A stretch of DNA of 64,000 nt from a virus, in IMG/VR virus record IMGVR_UViG_3300011113_000664, positions 96,001 to 160,000 of that record; one strand, written 5' to 3'. The notes beneath the pieces were generated by a model. It was given only the letters and a program-made list of their open reading frames with translations, made no database searches and had not been told where the DNA came from. The first letter of the stretch is position 1. Each line of letters opens with the position of its first letter. A program made the translations under genes and the position numbers. Positions 1 through 9,350 of this stretch are shown here, one piece after another.

Positions 1-2
1 CT

Positions 3-1409
3 ATAACATCAATTCCTTGTGGTTTTGAAGGTTATAATTTTAGAAATTATACTGTAGGTGGTGCTAGTACAGCAAATACTCCTGTAATGGTTTATAAAAA
101 GAGTTATGATAGTGCGGATAAACCACTTAAAACATATCTTGGTATTTCAGAAAAAGCTTTTGATACTGCAAATACTAGGGGTCTTTCAATAAATGATGAC
201 TTGTTTAAATTTATTGGTGCTAATACTTCAGCAAGTAGTTATACAAAAACTAAAGGTTTCCATTTGGATTCAGGTGCTACAGGAACTTATGTTGATTCTC
301 AAAATAATGCAATTGGTCAATTTGAAGTAGGTTTAGGTTCAATAACAAATACTGCAAGTGTTGGAATAGGAACTTACTATGCTGATATTACAAAACGCAA
401 ATTTGTTCTTGTTCCGGCAGGTGGTTTTGATGGTTGGGATATAAACTATGAAATGACAGGTGGAAGGTCAATTGGAAGTACATTTGAAGTAGGTCAGGCT
501 GATGAATTTGATGAATCAGATTACAATGCTTACAAAGAGGCATATCAAATCTATGAAGATACTGAAAGAACACCAATTAACTTATTTACAACTCCGGGTA
601 TAAATTGGGATGATAATTTAGGTTTAGTTGAAGATGTTATTGAAATTGTTGAAGAAGTACGTCAAGATGCTCTTTACATTATTGATGCTCCTGATGCAAA
701 TCTTAATAGTACACCAACTGTTGCAGCAGGTACTTATGCTGATGCTCTTGATGCATCGGGAATTGATTCTTCTTATGCTGCTACTTATGTACCTTGGGTT
801 AGAAGAAAAGACCCTGATTCAAATACAAACATTTATATTCCACCAACAGGTGAAATTTTAAAAGCAATGGCACTTGCTGATAGAACTTCGTTTATTTGGT
901 TTGCAACAGCAGGTTTAAATAGAGGTGGTCTTCCAAATGCTAGAGATGTAAGAAAAACATTTAAAGAGTCTGATAGAGATACACTATATCTTGCAAGATT
1001 AAATCCAATTGTTAAATTCTCTAATAATACTCCTGGGATTTTCATCTATGGTCAGAAGACTTTACAAATTGCAGATACTAAACTTGATAGAATTGATGTG
1101 AGAAGACTTCTTCTTTACGCAAAACAAATCATTTCTTCTCAAGCTAGACTTTACTTGTTTGAACCTAATGATGATGTATTGGCAACTAACTTTATTGCTG
1201 AATCTAATAAGAAACTTAAAGTTATTCAAGATAACAGAGGTTTACAAACATTTAGCGTAAGATTAGATAATACATTAAATACACCTGAAAGTAGAGACAG
1301 AAATGAAATCTACTTTGTGATTGACTTGTTACCAATCGGTGCTGTTGAATTTATTGGTCTAACATTTGTTGTAAATAAATCTACAAGTTCAATTCAATTT
1401 AATGGATAA
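3..1409 (+). CDS. Contractile tail sheath protein, C-terminal part (5' truncated by window edge)
   Basis: The frame is open from position 3 (ITSIPCGFEGYNF...) through the listed Met at 87. Typical sheath C-terminal motifs: INLFTTPG, DSSYAATYVPW, WFATAGLNRG, RDTLYLARLNPI, IYGQKTLQ, LDRIDVRRLL, LFEPND, IEFIGLTF-like end. Confidence 0.95.
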   Translation: MTSIPCGFEGYNFRNYTVGGASTANTPVMVYKKSYDSADKPLKTYLGISEKAFDTANTRGLSINDDLFKFIGANTSASSYTKTKGFHLDSGATGTYVDSQNNAIGQFEVGLGSITNTASVGIGTYYADITKRKFVLVPAGGFDGWDINYEMTGGRSIGSTFEVGQADEFDESDYNAYKEAYQIYEDTERTPINLFTTPGINWDDNLGLVEDVIEIVEEVRQDALYIIDAPDANLNSTPTVAAGTYADALDASGIDSSYAATYVPWVRRKDPDSNTNIYIPPTGEILKAMALADRTSFIWFATAGLNRGGLPNARDVRKTFKESDRDTLYLARLNPIVKFSNNTPGIFIYGQKTLQIADTKLDRIDVRRLLLYAKQIISSQARLYLFEPNDDVLATNFIAESNKKLKVIQDNRGLQTFSVRLDNTLNTPESRDRNEIYFVIDLLPIGAVEFIGLTFVVNKSTSSIQFNG

Positions 1410-1424
1410 TAACAATTAAAAGAA

Positions 1425-1434
1425 ACTATTTAAA
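1425..1434 (+). promoter_or_regulatory. Candidate late promoter box ACTATTTAAA
   Basis: Copy of the recurrent (A/T)CTATTTA(T/A)A motif, 13 nt upstream of the tail tube ATG. Confidence 0.55.
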
Positions 1435-1447
1435 ATAAAGAAATAAA

Positions 1448-1942
1448 ATGCCACAAGGATTTAGAAATGTACCTACCCAATATGAACCTCTCAGACCTAA
1501 TAGATTTGAGTTGTTCTTCCCTCAAGATATTGAATTAAGTAAATATACTTGGATTGTTAATGCTGTTGATAGACCAAAAATGAAAGTTAACTCAATTCCA
1601 ATCAAATACTTGAACTATGAGCAAAAAGTTGCAGGTCATGTAACATTTGATGATTTAACTGTTGAATTAATTGACCTGCAAGGTCCATCTTCAGTTCAGT
1701 TAATTCTGGAATGGTATAGACTATGTGCTGAAAACTTAACAGGTAGAATGGGTTATGCTTCAGGTTATAAGAAAGATTTAAGACTTGTTGCACTTGACCC
1801 AACTCTTGTAGGTGTTCAACAATTTACACTTTTTGGTGCATTCATCTCTACTCTTGATTTTGGAAAGAATGAATATACTAGTGATGAGGTTCAAAAAATT
1901 ACTCTAACATTGAGTTATGATATCGCTGAAAATAACTACTAA
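1448..1942 (+). CDS. Tail tube protein (T4 gp19-like)
   Basis: 164 aa, directly after the sheath. Motifs YEPLRPNRF, RPK, GRMGYASGYKKDL and ITLTLSYD are typical of myovirus tube proteins. Confidence 0.9.
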   Translation: MPQGFRNVPTQYEPLRPNRFELFFPQDIELSKYTWIVNAVDRPKMKVNSIPIKYLNYEQKVAGHVTFDDLTVELIDLQGPSSVQLILEWYRLCAENLTGRMGYASGYKKDLRLVALDPTLVGVQQFTLFGAFISTLDFGKNEYTSDEVQKITLTLSYDIAENNY

Positions 1943-1962
1943 AAAATAGCGATTTTAAAATT

Positions 1963-1997
1963 AAAAATTCCCATTGGTTTCCGATGGGATTTTTTTT
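1963..1997 (+). terminator. Rho-independent terminator after the tail tube gene
   Basis: Stem-loop TCCCATTGG-TTT-CCGATGGGA followed by a T8 tract. Confidence 0.85.
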
Positions 1998-2038
1998 GGT
2001 ATAAAAGTTGTATATTTAATATTAAAACAATTAAAGAT

Positions 2039-2419
2039 ATGATAAAATATAATTTAGAAAAACACTTAAAAGATAATTGGTTCAATACCAATGATACATT
2101 TTCATTATTTGAAAAATGGATTGATGATAAAAAATTTATCACAACTGAAAATCTTTACACTTATAAAGATTTTAAAAAACAATTACAATTTGCAGGATAC
2201 GATAAAGATGAAGTTTTTGTATCATATGAAAATGACTATTTGACAGTTGATGCTAAATCAAGTATGTTAAATAGTCAGCATACAAAAAAATATTATCTAC
2301 CAACAAAGTATTATGATGTTGATAGTATTGATGTAAAGTTTGAAAAATGCATTTTAAGTATTGAATGCAAATTGAAAGAAGAAAAAGAATCAAAGGTGAT
2401 GAAAATTAAAATCAAATAA
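2039..2419 (+). CDS. Small heat-shock protein (Hsp20/alpha-crystallin family)
   Basis: 126 aa with AGYDKDEVFVSYENDYLTV, YYLP..YDVDSIDVKFEKCILSI and a C-terminal KIKIK (I-x-I) motif. Confidence 0.8.
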   Translation: MIKYNLEKHLKDNWFNTNDTFSLFEKWIDDKKFITTENLYTYKDFKKQLQFAGYDKDEVFVSYENDYLTVDAKSSMLNSQHTKKYYLPTKYYDVDSIDVKFEKCILSIECKLKEEKESKVMKIKIK

Positions 2420-2444
2420 AAAAAGCCCCGATTTGGGGCTTTTT
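2418..2444. terminator. Bidirectional intrinsic terminator between convergent hsp20 and nrdA
   Basis: AAAAAAAGCCCCG-ATT-TGGGGCTTTTT, with A- and T-tracts on both sides of the stem. Confidence 0.9.
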
Positions 2445-2446
2445 AA

Positions 2447-4183
2447 TTATCCTTCGCACATCAGGCATTCGGAATATAAATCTCTTTGTTGCTTTGTATC
2501 TGCTCTTAGTACAGATTCAGACCTTAAATAATAAAGTGATTTCAATCCAAGTTTCCATGCCTCAATATGAACTTGATTAATAAATTTAGCAGGAGCATCA
2601 CTAAAGAATGCAAGATTTAATGATTGTCCTTGGTCAATATATCTTTGGCGAATACCTGCTTGCCTAACAAGTTCAAGTTGATTAATTTCTTTAAATGTTT
2701 TGAATACAGCTTTTTCTTCAGCACTCATACATCTAACATTTACAACTGAACCTTTATCTTCAGATATTGCATCCCAAACTTGTGGTAAATTTTTACCTTT
2801 TGATTCAAGTAATTGTTCTAAGAATGGATTTCTTCTAATGTGTAAACCTTTAGCATCATCATCCATATAAAGATTTGCTGCTAGTGGTTCAACACCTTGT
2901 GAATAACCACCTGCAAGTTTTGATGAAGACCTATTTGGTGCAATTGCAAGAAGAGTTAAATTTCTTCTTCCTGTACCTTTACACCATTCAGGTTCACCAT
3001 ATTCTTTTGCCATATCAAATGTGGCTCTTTCAGATTCATCTCTAAGATGTTTAAAGATAATATTTGTCCATGCATTTGCTTCAATAGAAATAAATGGAAT
3101 CATTTTACTTTGAAGAAAACTATGCCATCCTAAAGCACCCAATCCTAATGCTCTTGACTTTGTAGCAAAGCGTACAGCATCTTCAATACCTTTGTAGTCA
3201 CCTGAATTACCCTTTTGAAGAAAGTCTTCCATTACTGCATCTAAAAACATTGTAGATAGATATACAGTATCAGTATCTTTCCATTCATCAAACTTTACAA
3301 GATTTAAAGAAGAAAGACAACATACTAATGTGTGGGTTTCATCAGTAGGTAAAAAGATTTCAGAACAAAGATTTGAATGTCTAATCTTTAAATCATTTTG
3401 TTTCCACCATTCAGGTACAGCATTATTAGCATTGTCAATGAACATTGTATAAGGTTCTCCTGTCTTTACTCTTTTCTTTAAAGTTTCAAGCCAAATCTCC
3501 CTTTCTTTACCATTTTTTTCAATGACTTTATTCATAAATTCATCTGTAAAGATTGCTCCTTGATGAATATTATGTGATTGTCTATTTACATCACCTTTTG
3601 GTTCTCTTACTTCAAGAAATTCTTTAAATTCGCCATGTTCTGCATTCAGATAGATAGCTACAGCACCTCTTCTTGTTTTACCTTGCTTTGATGCTAGAAT
3701 AGTTGAATCAAATGATTTAATGAATGGGATAATACCATCAGAACTACCACCTCTACCATCTTTGATTTTAGTACCGATTGCTCTAATAGCGGAAAAATCA
3801 TAAGCAGTACCTCCACCATACTTTGAAAGCATTGCCATTTCAAGGTTTTTACGATAGATTTCATACATAGAATCACCAACATGAGAAGAAAAACAGCTAA
3901 TTGGTAATGCTACATCTGTTCCAAGATTAGCCATTACAGGAGTAGATGGAATTAACCAACCTTTCCAAAGAATATCAAAAAATCTTTCTTGCAATTCAGG
4001 TTTATTAAGTAACTCTGCTGCTCTTGATGATACTCTTACATATCCATCTTTTGGTGTTTCACCATCAATAAGGTATCCACCTTTAATCGTGGTTAAATAT
4101 AATGCATTGTTACCCCATTCAGGAAAGTCAATACCAACTTTCCATCCCATATTTCTTGCTATATCGTGTGTTTCTGTTTTCAT
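2447..4183 (-). CDS. nrdA: Class I ribonucleotide reductase alpha subunit (short form, no ATP cone)
   Basis: PSTPVMAN, LPISCF, GGGTA, SKQGKTRRGA, SNLCSEI (catalytic NLCxE), VCCLSSLNL, AIAPNRSSS, IDQGQSLN, LKSLYYLRS and C-terminal CLMCEG. Confidence 0.97.
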   Translation of the reverse strand: MKTETHDIARNMGWKVGIDFPEWGNNALYLTTIKGGYLIDGETPKDGYVRVSSRAAELLNKPELQERFFDILWKGWLIPSTPVMANLGTDVALPISCFSSHVGDSMYEIYRKNLEMAMLSKYGGGTAYDFSAIRAIGTKIKDGRGGSSDGIIPFIKSFDSTILASKQGKTRRGAVAIYLNAEHGEFKEFLEVREPKGDVNRQSHNIHQGAIFTDEFMNKVIEKNGKEREIWLETLKKRVKTGEPYTMFIDNANNAVPEWWKQNDLKIRHSNLCSEIFLPTDETHTLVCCLSSLNLVKFDEWKDTDTVYLSTMFLDAVMEDFLQKGNSGDYKGIEDAVRFATKSRALGLGALGWHSFLQSKMIPFISIEANAWTNIIFKHLRDESERATFDMAKEYGEPEWCKGTGRRNLTLLAIAPNRSSSKLAGGYSQGVEPLAANLYMDDDAKGLHIRRNPFLEQLLESKGKNLPQVWDAISEDKGSVVNVRCMSAEEKAVFKTFKEINQLELVRQAGIRQRYIDQGQSLNLAFFSDAPAKFINQVHIEAWKLGLKSLYYLRSESVLRADTKQQRDLYSECLMCEG

Positions 4184-4189
4184 ATATTT

Positions 4190-5155
4190 TTAAAATAAAT
4201 CATCTACAAAGTTCCAATCTTCATTAGGTTTTGAATATGATGTTTCTCTATTGGCAAAGAAATCAGTTTGTTGTTCACCTGATGTTGCAATATAAAACCA
4301 TTCCATATCCATAAGCATTTCATCATCAACAGTATAAACAGGTGTCAACATTAACTCTTTAAGTTTTCTGTTTGCTCTGTCATACATGAAATTTTTAAGA
4401 GTTCTTTTTGAAATTGTTTCTAAATCACCAAGTTCAAATATTTTATCAATGTAATTGAATTCATTTGTTATTGCTAAATCAAGACCTCTATAAAGAGTAT
4501 CTTTTAATTCATCTGTCCAAATGTAAGGATTTTCTTCAATAAGTGTTCTAAATAATTTACAGCCTGATTCAGAATGTAAAGATTCATCACGAATAGAGAA
4601 AATCATTTGCTGACCAATACCTGTCATCATATTCTTTTTTCTAAAAGAAAGAAGAACAGCAAATGAAGAATATAATTGCATACCTTCTGCACAAGCAGAG
4701 AATAATGCAAGACTTCTAGCAATATTAGAAAGATTAGTATCATTAGGGTCGATTTCCATCAACACATTTAGTTTTGCCATTGTTTCTTCATCTTCTAAAA
4801 ATGCTTTAAAGTCTGTAAGACCCAATGTATCGTTTAGATATGAATATGCAACTGCATGGATTGTTTCAAATGCACCAAATGTACTTGCCATCATCTTAAC
4901 TTCAGGAACAGGAAACCATTTAGTTACATATGTTGACCAATAATCATTAACAACAGTTTCTGTTTGTGTAAATCCCTTTAAGATATTACCAATAACATTC
5001 TTTTCTTCAATTGTTAATTCATTGTTCCAATCTTTAACATCTTTTTGCATGTTAATTTCCGTATGTAACCAATGTGCATTTTGTTGTTTAAACCATGCTT
5101 CGTAAGCCCATTGATATTCAAATGGTTTGAATTCTAATCTTTCTTGTGTAATCAT
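4190..5155 (-). CDS. nrdB: Class I ribonucleotide reductase beta subunit
   Basis: KPFEYQWA, HWLHTEI, metal ligands in TQTE / ETIH / EGMQL / DESLH, Tyr in HAVAY, C-terminal DFFANRETSY. Confidence 0.96.
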   Translation of the reverse strand: MITQERLEFKPFEYQWAYEAWFKQQNAHWLHTEINMQKDVKDWNNELTIEEKNVIGNILKGFTQTETVVNDYWSTYVTKWFPVPEVKMMASTFGAFETIHAVAYSYLNDTLGLTDFKAFLEDEETMAKLNVLMEIDPNDTNLSNIARSLALFSACAEGMQLYSSFAVLLSFRKKNMMTGIGQQMIFSIRDESLHSESGCKLFRTLIEENPYIWTDELKDTLYRGLDLAITNEFNYIDKIFELGDLETISKRTLKNFMYDRANRKLKELMLTPVYTVDDEMLMDMEWFYIATSGEQQTDFFANRETSYSKPNEDWNFVDDLF

Positions 5156-5174
5156 TTTATAAATTTATAAGTAT

Positions 5175-5208
5175 AAAAAAATCCTGCTTATATTACTACA
5201 AACAGGAT
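5175..5208 (-). terminator. Intrinsic terminator immediately upstream of nrdB
   Basis: The minus strand reads ATCCTGTTTGTA-GTAA-TATAAGCAGGAT-TTTTTT: a 12-bp stem with two G-U pairs, a GNRA loop and a U-tract. Confidence 0.8.
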
Positions 5209-5222
5209 ATGTTTTGTTATTG

Positions 5223-5477
5223 TTATTTCAATCTTGTTGTTCTATAGATGAACCAAAAAGCACCCAACAGAAATTTAGGTAATAAAATTAGTGTTAGGGT
5301 TTTTAAAAACTCTTCATCTACCCACTCAATTCCAATGAATTGCATTACCGAAAAAATTACTGTTGGTACAATCAAATATAGAGCAAATTTAGGTAAATAA
5401 AATGCAAATCCAAGAAAAAGATTGTCTAATATTTTACCTAATTTGCTGTGTACTATGTTATCTAAAAACTTTTTCAT
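5223..5477 (-). CDS. Small hypothetical membrane protein (2 TM)
   Basis: 84 aa with two hydrophobic stretches. Its start overlaps the phoH stop. Confidence 0.7.
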   Translation of the reverse strand: MKKFLDNIVHSKLGKILDNLFLGFAFYLPKFALYLIVPTVIFSVMQFIGIEWVDEEFLKTLTLILLPKFLLGAFWFIYRTTRLK

Positions 5478-6229
5478 TATTTTTTCTTTTCATCAAATAA
5501 TTTGGTTATTTTTTGGATTAATGGACTTCTTACGCAGTCTGAATCTACAAATTCAACGACCTTAACATGGTCATCAAAATCTTTAAAATGTTTAGTTAAA
5601 AACATTAATCCATTATCTTCTTTGTCTTTAAAATCTCTTTGTCTAATATCACCAATAATAATCATTTTAGCATTTTCTTCTAAACGAGTCATTACTGTTT
5701 CTGCATTATCAACTGATACATTTTGAAATTCATCAAATATGTTAATATTATCTAAAGATAAACCTCTTAAATTACCCATTGGAATTACTTCAATAATTTT
5801 TTCTTTAAAAAGTATTTCTAAAGCAATTGGAGATAATAATTTATTTAACTGCATTGAGTAAGACATTAAAACATACTCAAGTTTTTCTTCAACACCTCCG
5901 GGTAATATACCAATATCTTCATTTTGAAGTTGTTTTAATGGTTTGAATATTCTAATTTTTGTATATTCATTATCATCACTTAAAAGTAAGTTTATTGCTT
6001 GTACTAATGCTATAAAAGTTTTACCTGCACCTGCTATACCTGTAGCAATAACATACATTGATTCATTATCTAAAATATCTCTAACAAATTTTCCTTGATT
6101 TTCTGTTTTAGGAGCAATTTTTAAATACGGCTTTCCAACCTTTTTTCTGATTTCATTTTTCTTTGCCTTTAACCTATCTTCATCAGTTTCTTCAACTTGG
6201 TATTTTTTTATTTTCCTATTCACACTCAT
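5477..6229 (-). CDS. phoH: PhoH-family ATPase
   Basis: PKTENQ, GIAGAGKT (Walker A), IGILPG, LRGLSLDN..IFDEFQN, TRLEENAKMIIIGDIRQ, DCVRSPLI. Confidence 0.93.
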   Translation of the reverse strand: MSVNRKIKKYQVEETDEDRLKAKKNEIRKKVGKPYLKIAPKTENQGKFVRDILDNESMYVIATGIAGAGKTFIALVQAINLLLSDDNEYTKIRIFKPLKQLQNEDIGILPGGVEEKLEYVLMSYSMQLNKLLSPIALEILFKEKIIEVIPMGNLRGLSLDNINIFDEFQNVSVDNAETVMTRLEENAKMIIIGDIRQRDFKDKEDNGLMFLTKHFKDFDDHVKVVEFVDSDCVRSPLIQKITKLFDEKKK

Positions 6230-6235
6230 TTGTTT

Positions 6236-6757
6236 TCATGTAAATAGGTCATCGGTTAGATTTGTTTTTAAAAAAACTATTAATTTTTGGTCAAAATCCT
6301 TTATTTTTTGATATGAAAAGTTCATCTTTTTTATAATTGTCTTATTGTCATAATGTTTCAAATATTTATTTTCATAAAAATTTTTTAATGTTTCATCTTG
6401 ACAAATTTTCATAATTTCATTAAGGGAATCAAATTGTTTTTCATAATCTGTTGTAATAAAAACAGGTTCAATAGTTTGTTCTTTATCATCAATTGATGTG
6501 TACTTTTTATATTTTTTTCTGTTAATCTTCCTTACATAATCATAAAAATGATTTTGTGTAACAGTATACACCCAATTATCTAAAGTTTTTTTATTTAACT
6601 TCTTATGGTAATTAATAATAATTTTGCTCATTGTTTCCGCACTTAAATCTTTTGAAAGTTGTGCATCGGAGGTTTTTGAGTAAAAATAATTCAAGACTAA
6701 TTTTTCATACTTTTTGTAAATTTGTTTGTCTAACTTTTCCTTTTCTATATCCAACAT
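6236..6757 (-). CDS. ECF-type sigma-70 factor (divergent)
   Basis: Region 2 pattern IYKKYEKLVLNYFY...AQLSKDLSAETMSKI...LDNWVYTVTQNHFYDYVRK, 173 aa, degenerate region 4. Confidence 0.75.
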   Translation of the reverse strand: MLDIEKEKLDKQIYKKYEKLVLNYFYSKTSDAQLSKDLSAETMSKIIINYHKKLNKKTLDNWVYTVTQNHFYDYVRKINRKKYKKYTSIDDKEQTIEPVFITTDYEKQFDSLNEIMKICQDETLKNFYENKYLKHYDNKTIIKKMNFSYQKIKDFDQKLIVFLKTNLTDDLFT

Positions 6758-6783
6758 TAAAATTTTTCATTATACTTTATAGC

Positions 6784-7746
6784 TTATTGTTTTAAATTCG
6801 TTTTCATTAGTTCAAATATATAATCTTTTCCATTATTTTGTATATTTTCATTCAAATCAGCATTATCTTCATAGGTTTGTATCATTACATTTGTTAAACC
6901 TAAGTTCAATAATCGTTCCTGAATTTCTAAAGATGAATTTGGTGTCTTAGAATAGTTAAAATCTTGTCTTTTTTCTATTGCATCAGGATTTAACATTATA
7001 ATAACATTTGGTTTATATTTTATTAATTTTGATAAAATATTATCTTGTAAAGACTTACCTAATAATACAATAGTATTAATAGGAATTGTAGTGTATTCAA
7101 AATATGCTTCAACAATATAAACCGTTGAGTTCCAATTTATATGTTTTTCATTAAAAATTATCTCTTTTTTATCTGCTTGTGGTAATTTATAAGCATGATG
7201 TTTATCAACATCATTTGTAAATGCTCTAGTAATATAAAAATTTATTTTACCATTCAAATCATATGATGGTATTACAATTCTATTTTTATAATAACCTTCA
7301 AGACAGAAACCTAAGTTGTCTCTTTTTATTAAAAAATCAGAAACCTTTCTATTTTTTAAATATGTATATGCTTGAACATGTAATGGATTTGTTTTATCCA
7401 TTTTTTGAAAAGAGATAAATTCTTTTGGGAGACCAAAAATTTTATATTTCTTTATTTGTGACAAAATAACAGGTTCATTTTCATATTTTAAAAATTCTGC
7501 AATTTGTTTTCTTGTTGCATACTTTTTAAACACAAAAAATAATGGTCCTGACAAACCACACTTCCAACACTTACATACTTTATTGTATTTTCCCCTATTA
7601 TTTAATGATATATTAACTTCAAGATTATATTTATCATCAGCAACACCATAATTTAATTTAGCGCATTCAGGACAATTAAATTGCATCTGTGTTGATGCAT
7701 TATTTTTGGGATGACCAAAAACTTCTTCAAGAAGATTATAAATCAT
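6784..7746 (-). CDS. DNA primase (Zn-finger plus TOPRIM)
   Basis: FNCPEC and CKCWKC Zn ligands, YLKNRKV, NRIVIPSYD..G, IIFNE, VYIVEAYFE, NPDA, DLNE. Confidence 0.85.
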   Translation of the reverse strand: MIYNLLEEVFGHPKNNASTQMQFNCPECAKLNYGVADDKYNLEVNISLNNRGKYNKVCKCWKCGLSGPLFFVFKKYATRKQIAEFLKYENEPVILSQIKKYKIFGLPKEFISFQKMDKTNPLHVQAYTYLKNRKVSDFLIKRDNLGFCLEGYYKNRIVIPSYDLNGKINFYITRAFTNDVDKHHAYKLPQADKKEIIFNEKHINWNSTVYIVEAYFEYTTIPINTIVLLGKSLQDNILSKLIKYKPNVIIMLNPDAIEKRQDFNYSKTPNSSLEIQERLLNLGLTNVMIQTYEDNADLNENIQNNGKDYIFELMKTNLKQ

Positions 7747-8578
7747 TTTTAATCTTGTTTATACCCTTATCATGAATTTTTTTAATATCTTTTTCTGACA
7801 TGTTTAAAAGTTTCGATATTTGATTGAAACTCAATTCAGGTTTATCACTCAAGCCATATCTATAGTTAATTATTAATTTTTCAATTTTATTTAAACCTTT
7901 TAATGATAAAGATTTTAAATCACTATTAAGATAAATAAATTCATCATTTAAAACTGATGTTGGTAACATTTCTTCATAATTTATTTCTTCGGAACTATTT
8001 ACGGTAGTATAAATTGATAAAATATTGTTATCATCAATAGCATTGACCGATTTTGCAATTACTTCACTAGCAGTTTCTTCAATTAAATCATCCTTTATAT
8101 CATCTATATTTGGGTCAAAACCGTATTTATTATAAAAATTATTTTTTAATTCTAAATACTTTTGATTTATTGAATGTTGTTTGATTGGTTGTTTAATGAT
8201 TTTTGATTCCTTTGCAATTCCTTCTAATATTGCTTGTTTAATCCACCAAACTGCATAAGTACTAAATTTATAACCTTTATTTGGGTCAAATTCTTCAACA
8301 GCTTTTATTAAACCAATATTTCCTGATGATATGATGTCGGACAATTGATAAAAACTGCTATTATGGTAGTATTTAGCAACATTTATTACAAATCTTAAAT
8401 TATTAATAATTAATAATTCCTTAATTTTTGGACACTTTGTTGTTTGATATTCATAAAACATTTCGGTTTCTTGTTTTTTTGAAATCTCATCAATATTTCT
8501 AATATCTTGATGATAAAGTTTTAAAATATCGGATGTGTCCTTTGTTATTTTGATTGTATTTGATGATATTTTCTTCAT
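7736..8578 (-). CDS. RpoD-like group 1/2 sigma-70 factor (Bacteroidota style, no region 1.1)
   Basis: NLRFVINVAKYY, DIISSGNIGLIKAVEEFDPNKGYKFSTYAVWWIKQAI, region 4 LNKIEKLIINYRYGL. Start reassigned to the ATG at 8578, downstream of a promoter. Confidence 0.92.
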   Translation of the reverse strand: MKKISSNTIKITKDTSDILKLYHQDIRNIDEISKKQETEMFYEYQTTKCPKIKELLIINNLRFVINVAKYYHNSSFYQLSDIISSGNIGLIKAVEEFDPNKGYKFSTYAVWWIKQAILEGIAKESKIIKQPIKQHSINQKYLELKNNFYNKYGFDPNIDDIKDDLIEETASEVIAKSVNAIDDNNILSIYTTVNSSEEINYEEMLPTSVLNDEFIYLNSDLKSLSLKGLNKIEKLIINYRYGLSDKPELSFNQISKLLNMSEKDIKKIHDKGINKIKNDL

Positions 8579-8592
8579 AGATAAACAATAAA

Positions 8593-8624
8593 CAAATATA
8601 AAAATTGCTCTTTTTATATGCAAA
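8593..8624 (-). promoter_or_regulatory. Bacteroidota-type housekeeping promoter (-33 TTTG, 20-nt spacer, -7 TATATTTG)
   Basis: Minus strand TTTG (8624-8621), then 20 nt, then TATATTTG (8600-8593), 14 nt before the sigma ATG. Matches the established TTTG-N19-21-TAnnTTTG consensus. Confidence 0.75.
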
Positions 8625-8632
8625 AAAAATTT

Positions 8633-8929
8633 TTATTTTTTATTATAACGCTGATTTAGAATCAAAATCAGTTCTGACCAACGCTTTTCAATCAAAAGAA
8701 TTTTGTCTTCTAAAGACGCTGCTCTTTTTTTATAATCTTCTTTTTTAATATTTTTAAAAAAATAATTGTCCTCAATTGGTGTTGCTTCAATTTCAGTTAA
8801 TAAATTATTTAACTGATTTTGATTTTTTTCAAATTCATCAACCAAAAAATTGATAGTTTCAATTAATTTTTCATTTTTTTCTTTTGAAAAAGTATCAATT
8901 TTCCTTTCAAGAATTTCTTTTACATCCAT
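8633..8929 (-). CDS. Hypothetical coiled-coil protein
   Basis: 98-aa charged ORF with typical codon usage, in line with neighbouring genes. Confidence 0.6.
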   Translation of the reverse strand: MDVKEILERKIDTFSKEKNEKLIETINFLVDEFEKNQNQLNNLLTEIEATPIEDNYFFKNIKKEDYKKRAASLEDKILLIEKRWSELILILNQRYNKK

Positions 8930-8949
8930 AAATATAAATATAAGATATA

Positions 8950-9348
8950 TTATTCAAGAACTGCACCACCATTTGAAAAATTTGTGGTTGCCCCATAAAC
9001 AACAATAGGACCACCTGAATTACCTCCTGATGCAACCACAGGAGTTCCGGGAATATCAGAAACTGATATTCTAGCTTCAATTGTTATTTCATCTATAATT
9101 GCTTTAATAGCTGTATACCAAAGTATATCATCAAAATTTGCACTACCATCAGTTAAATTTCCTGTTGGAATGCCTAATTCTTTCTTTTTTTCTAATACCT
9201 TATTTGCTGCCCTTAAAGCAGACATACCACCTCTTGTTCTTGATAAAGGAATCAATGGTGGAGGTACTACACCAATATTTGGTGGTGGTTTAATACTTAA
9301 AATACCATTTAGTGTAGATAATGCGCTTTGTAGAGTTGATATAACCAT
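8950..9348 (-). CDS. Hypothetical, probably virion/baseplate-associated protein
   Basis: Co-oriented downstream of the baseplate gene, with a Gly/Pro-rich beta-type C-terminus (PGTPVVASGGNSGGPIVVYG). Confidence 0.55.
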   Translation of the reverse strand: MVISTLQSALSTLNGILSIKPPPNIGVVPPPLIPLSRTRGGMSALRAANKVLEKKKELGIPTGNLTDGSANFDDILWYTAIKAIIDEITIEARISVSDIPGTPVVASGGNSGGPIVVYGATTNFSNGGAVLE

Positions 9349-9350
9349 AT

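Noticed and set aside
8579-8623. Listed TTG-started extension of the RpoD-like ORF
   Set aside because: It covers the -33/-7 promoter. The ATG at 8578 gives a typical length.
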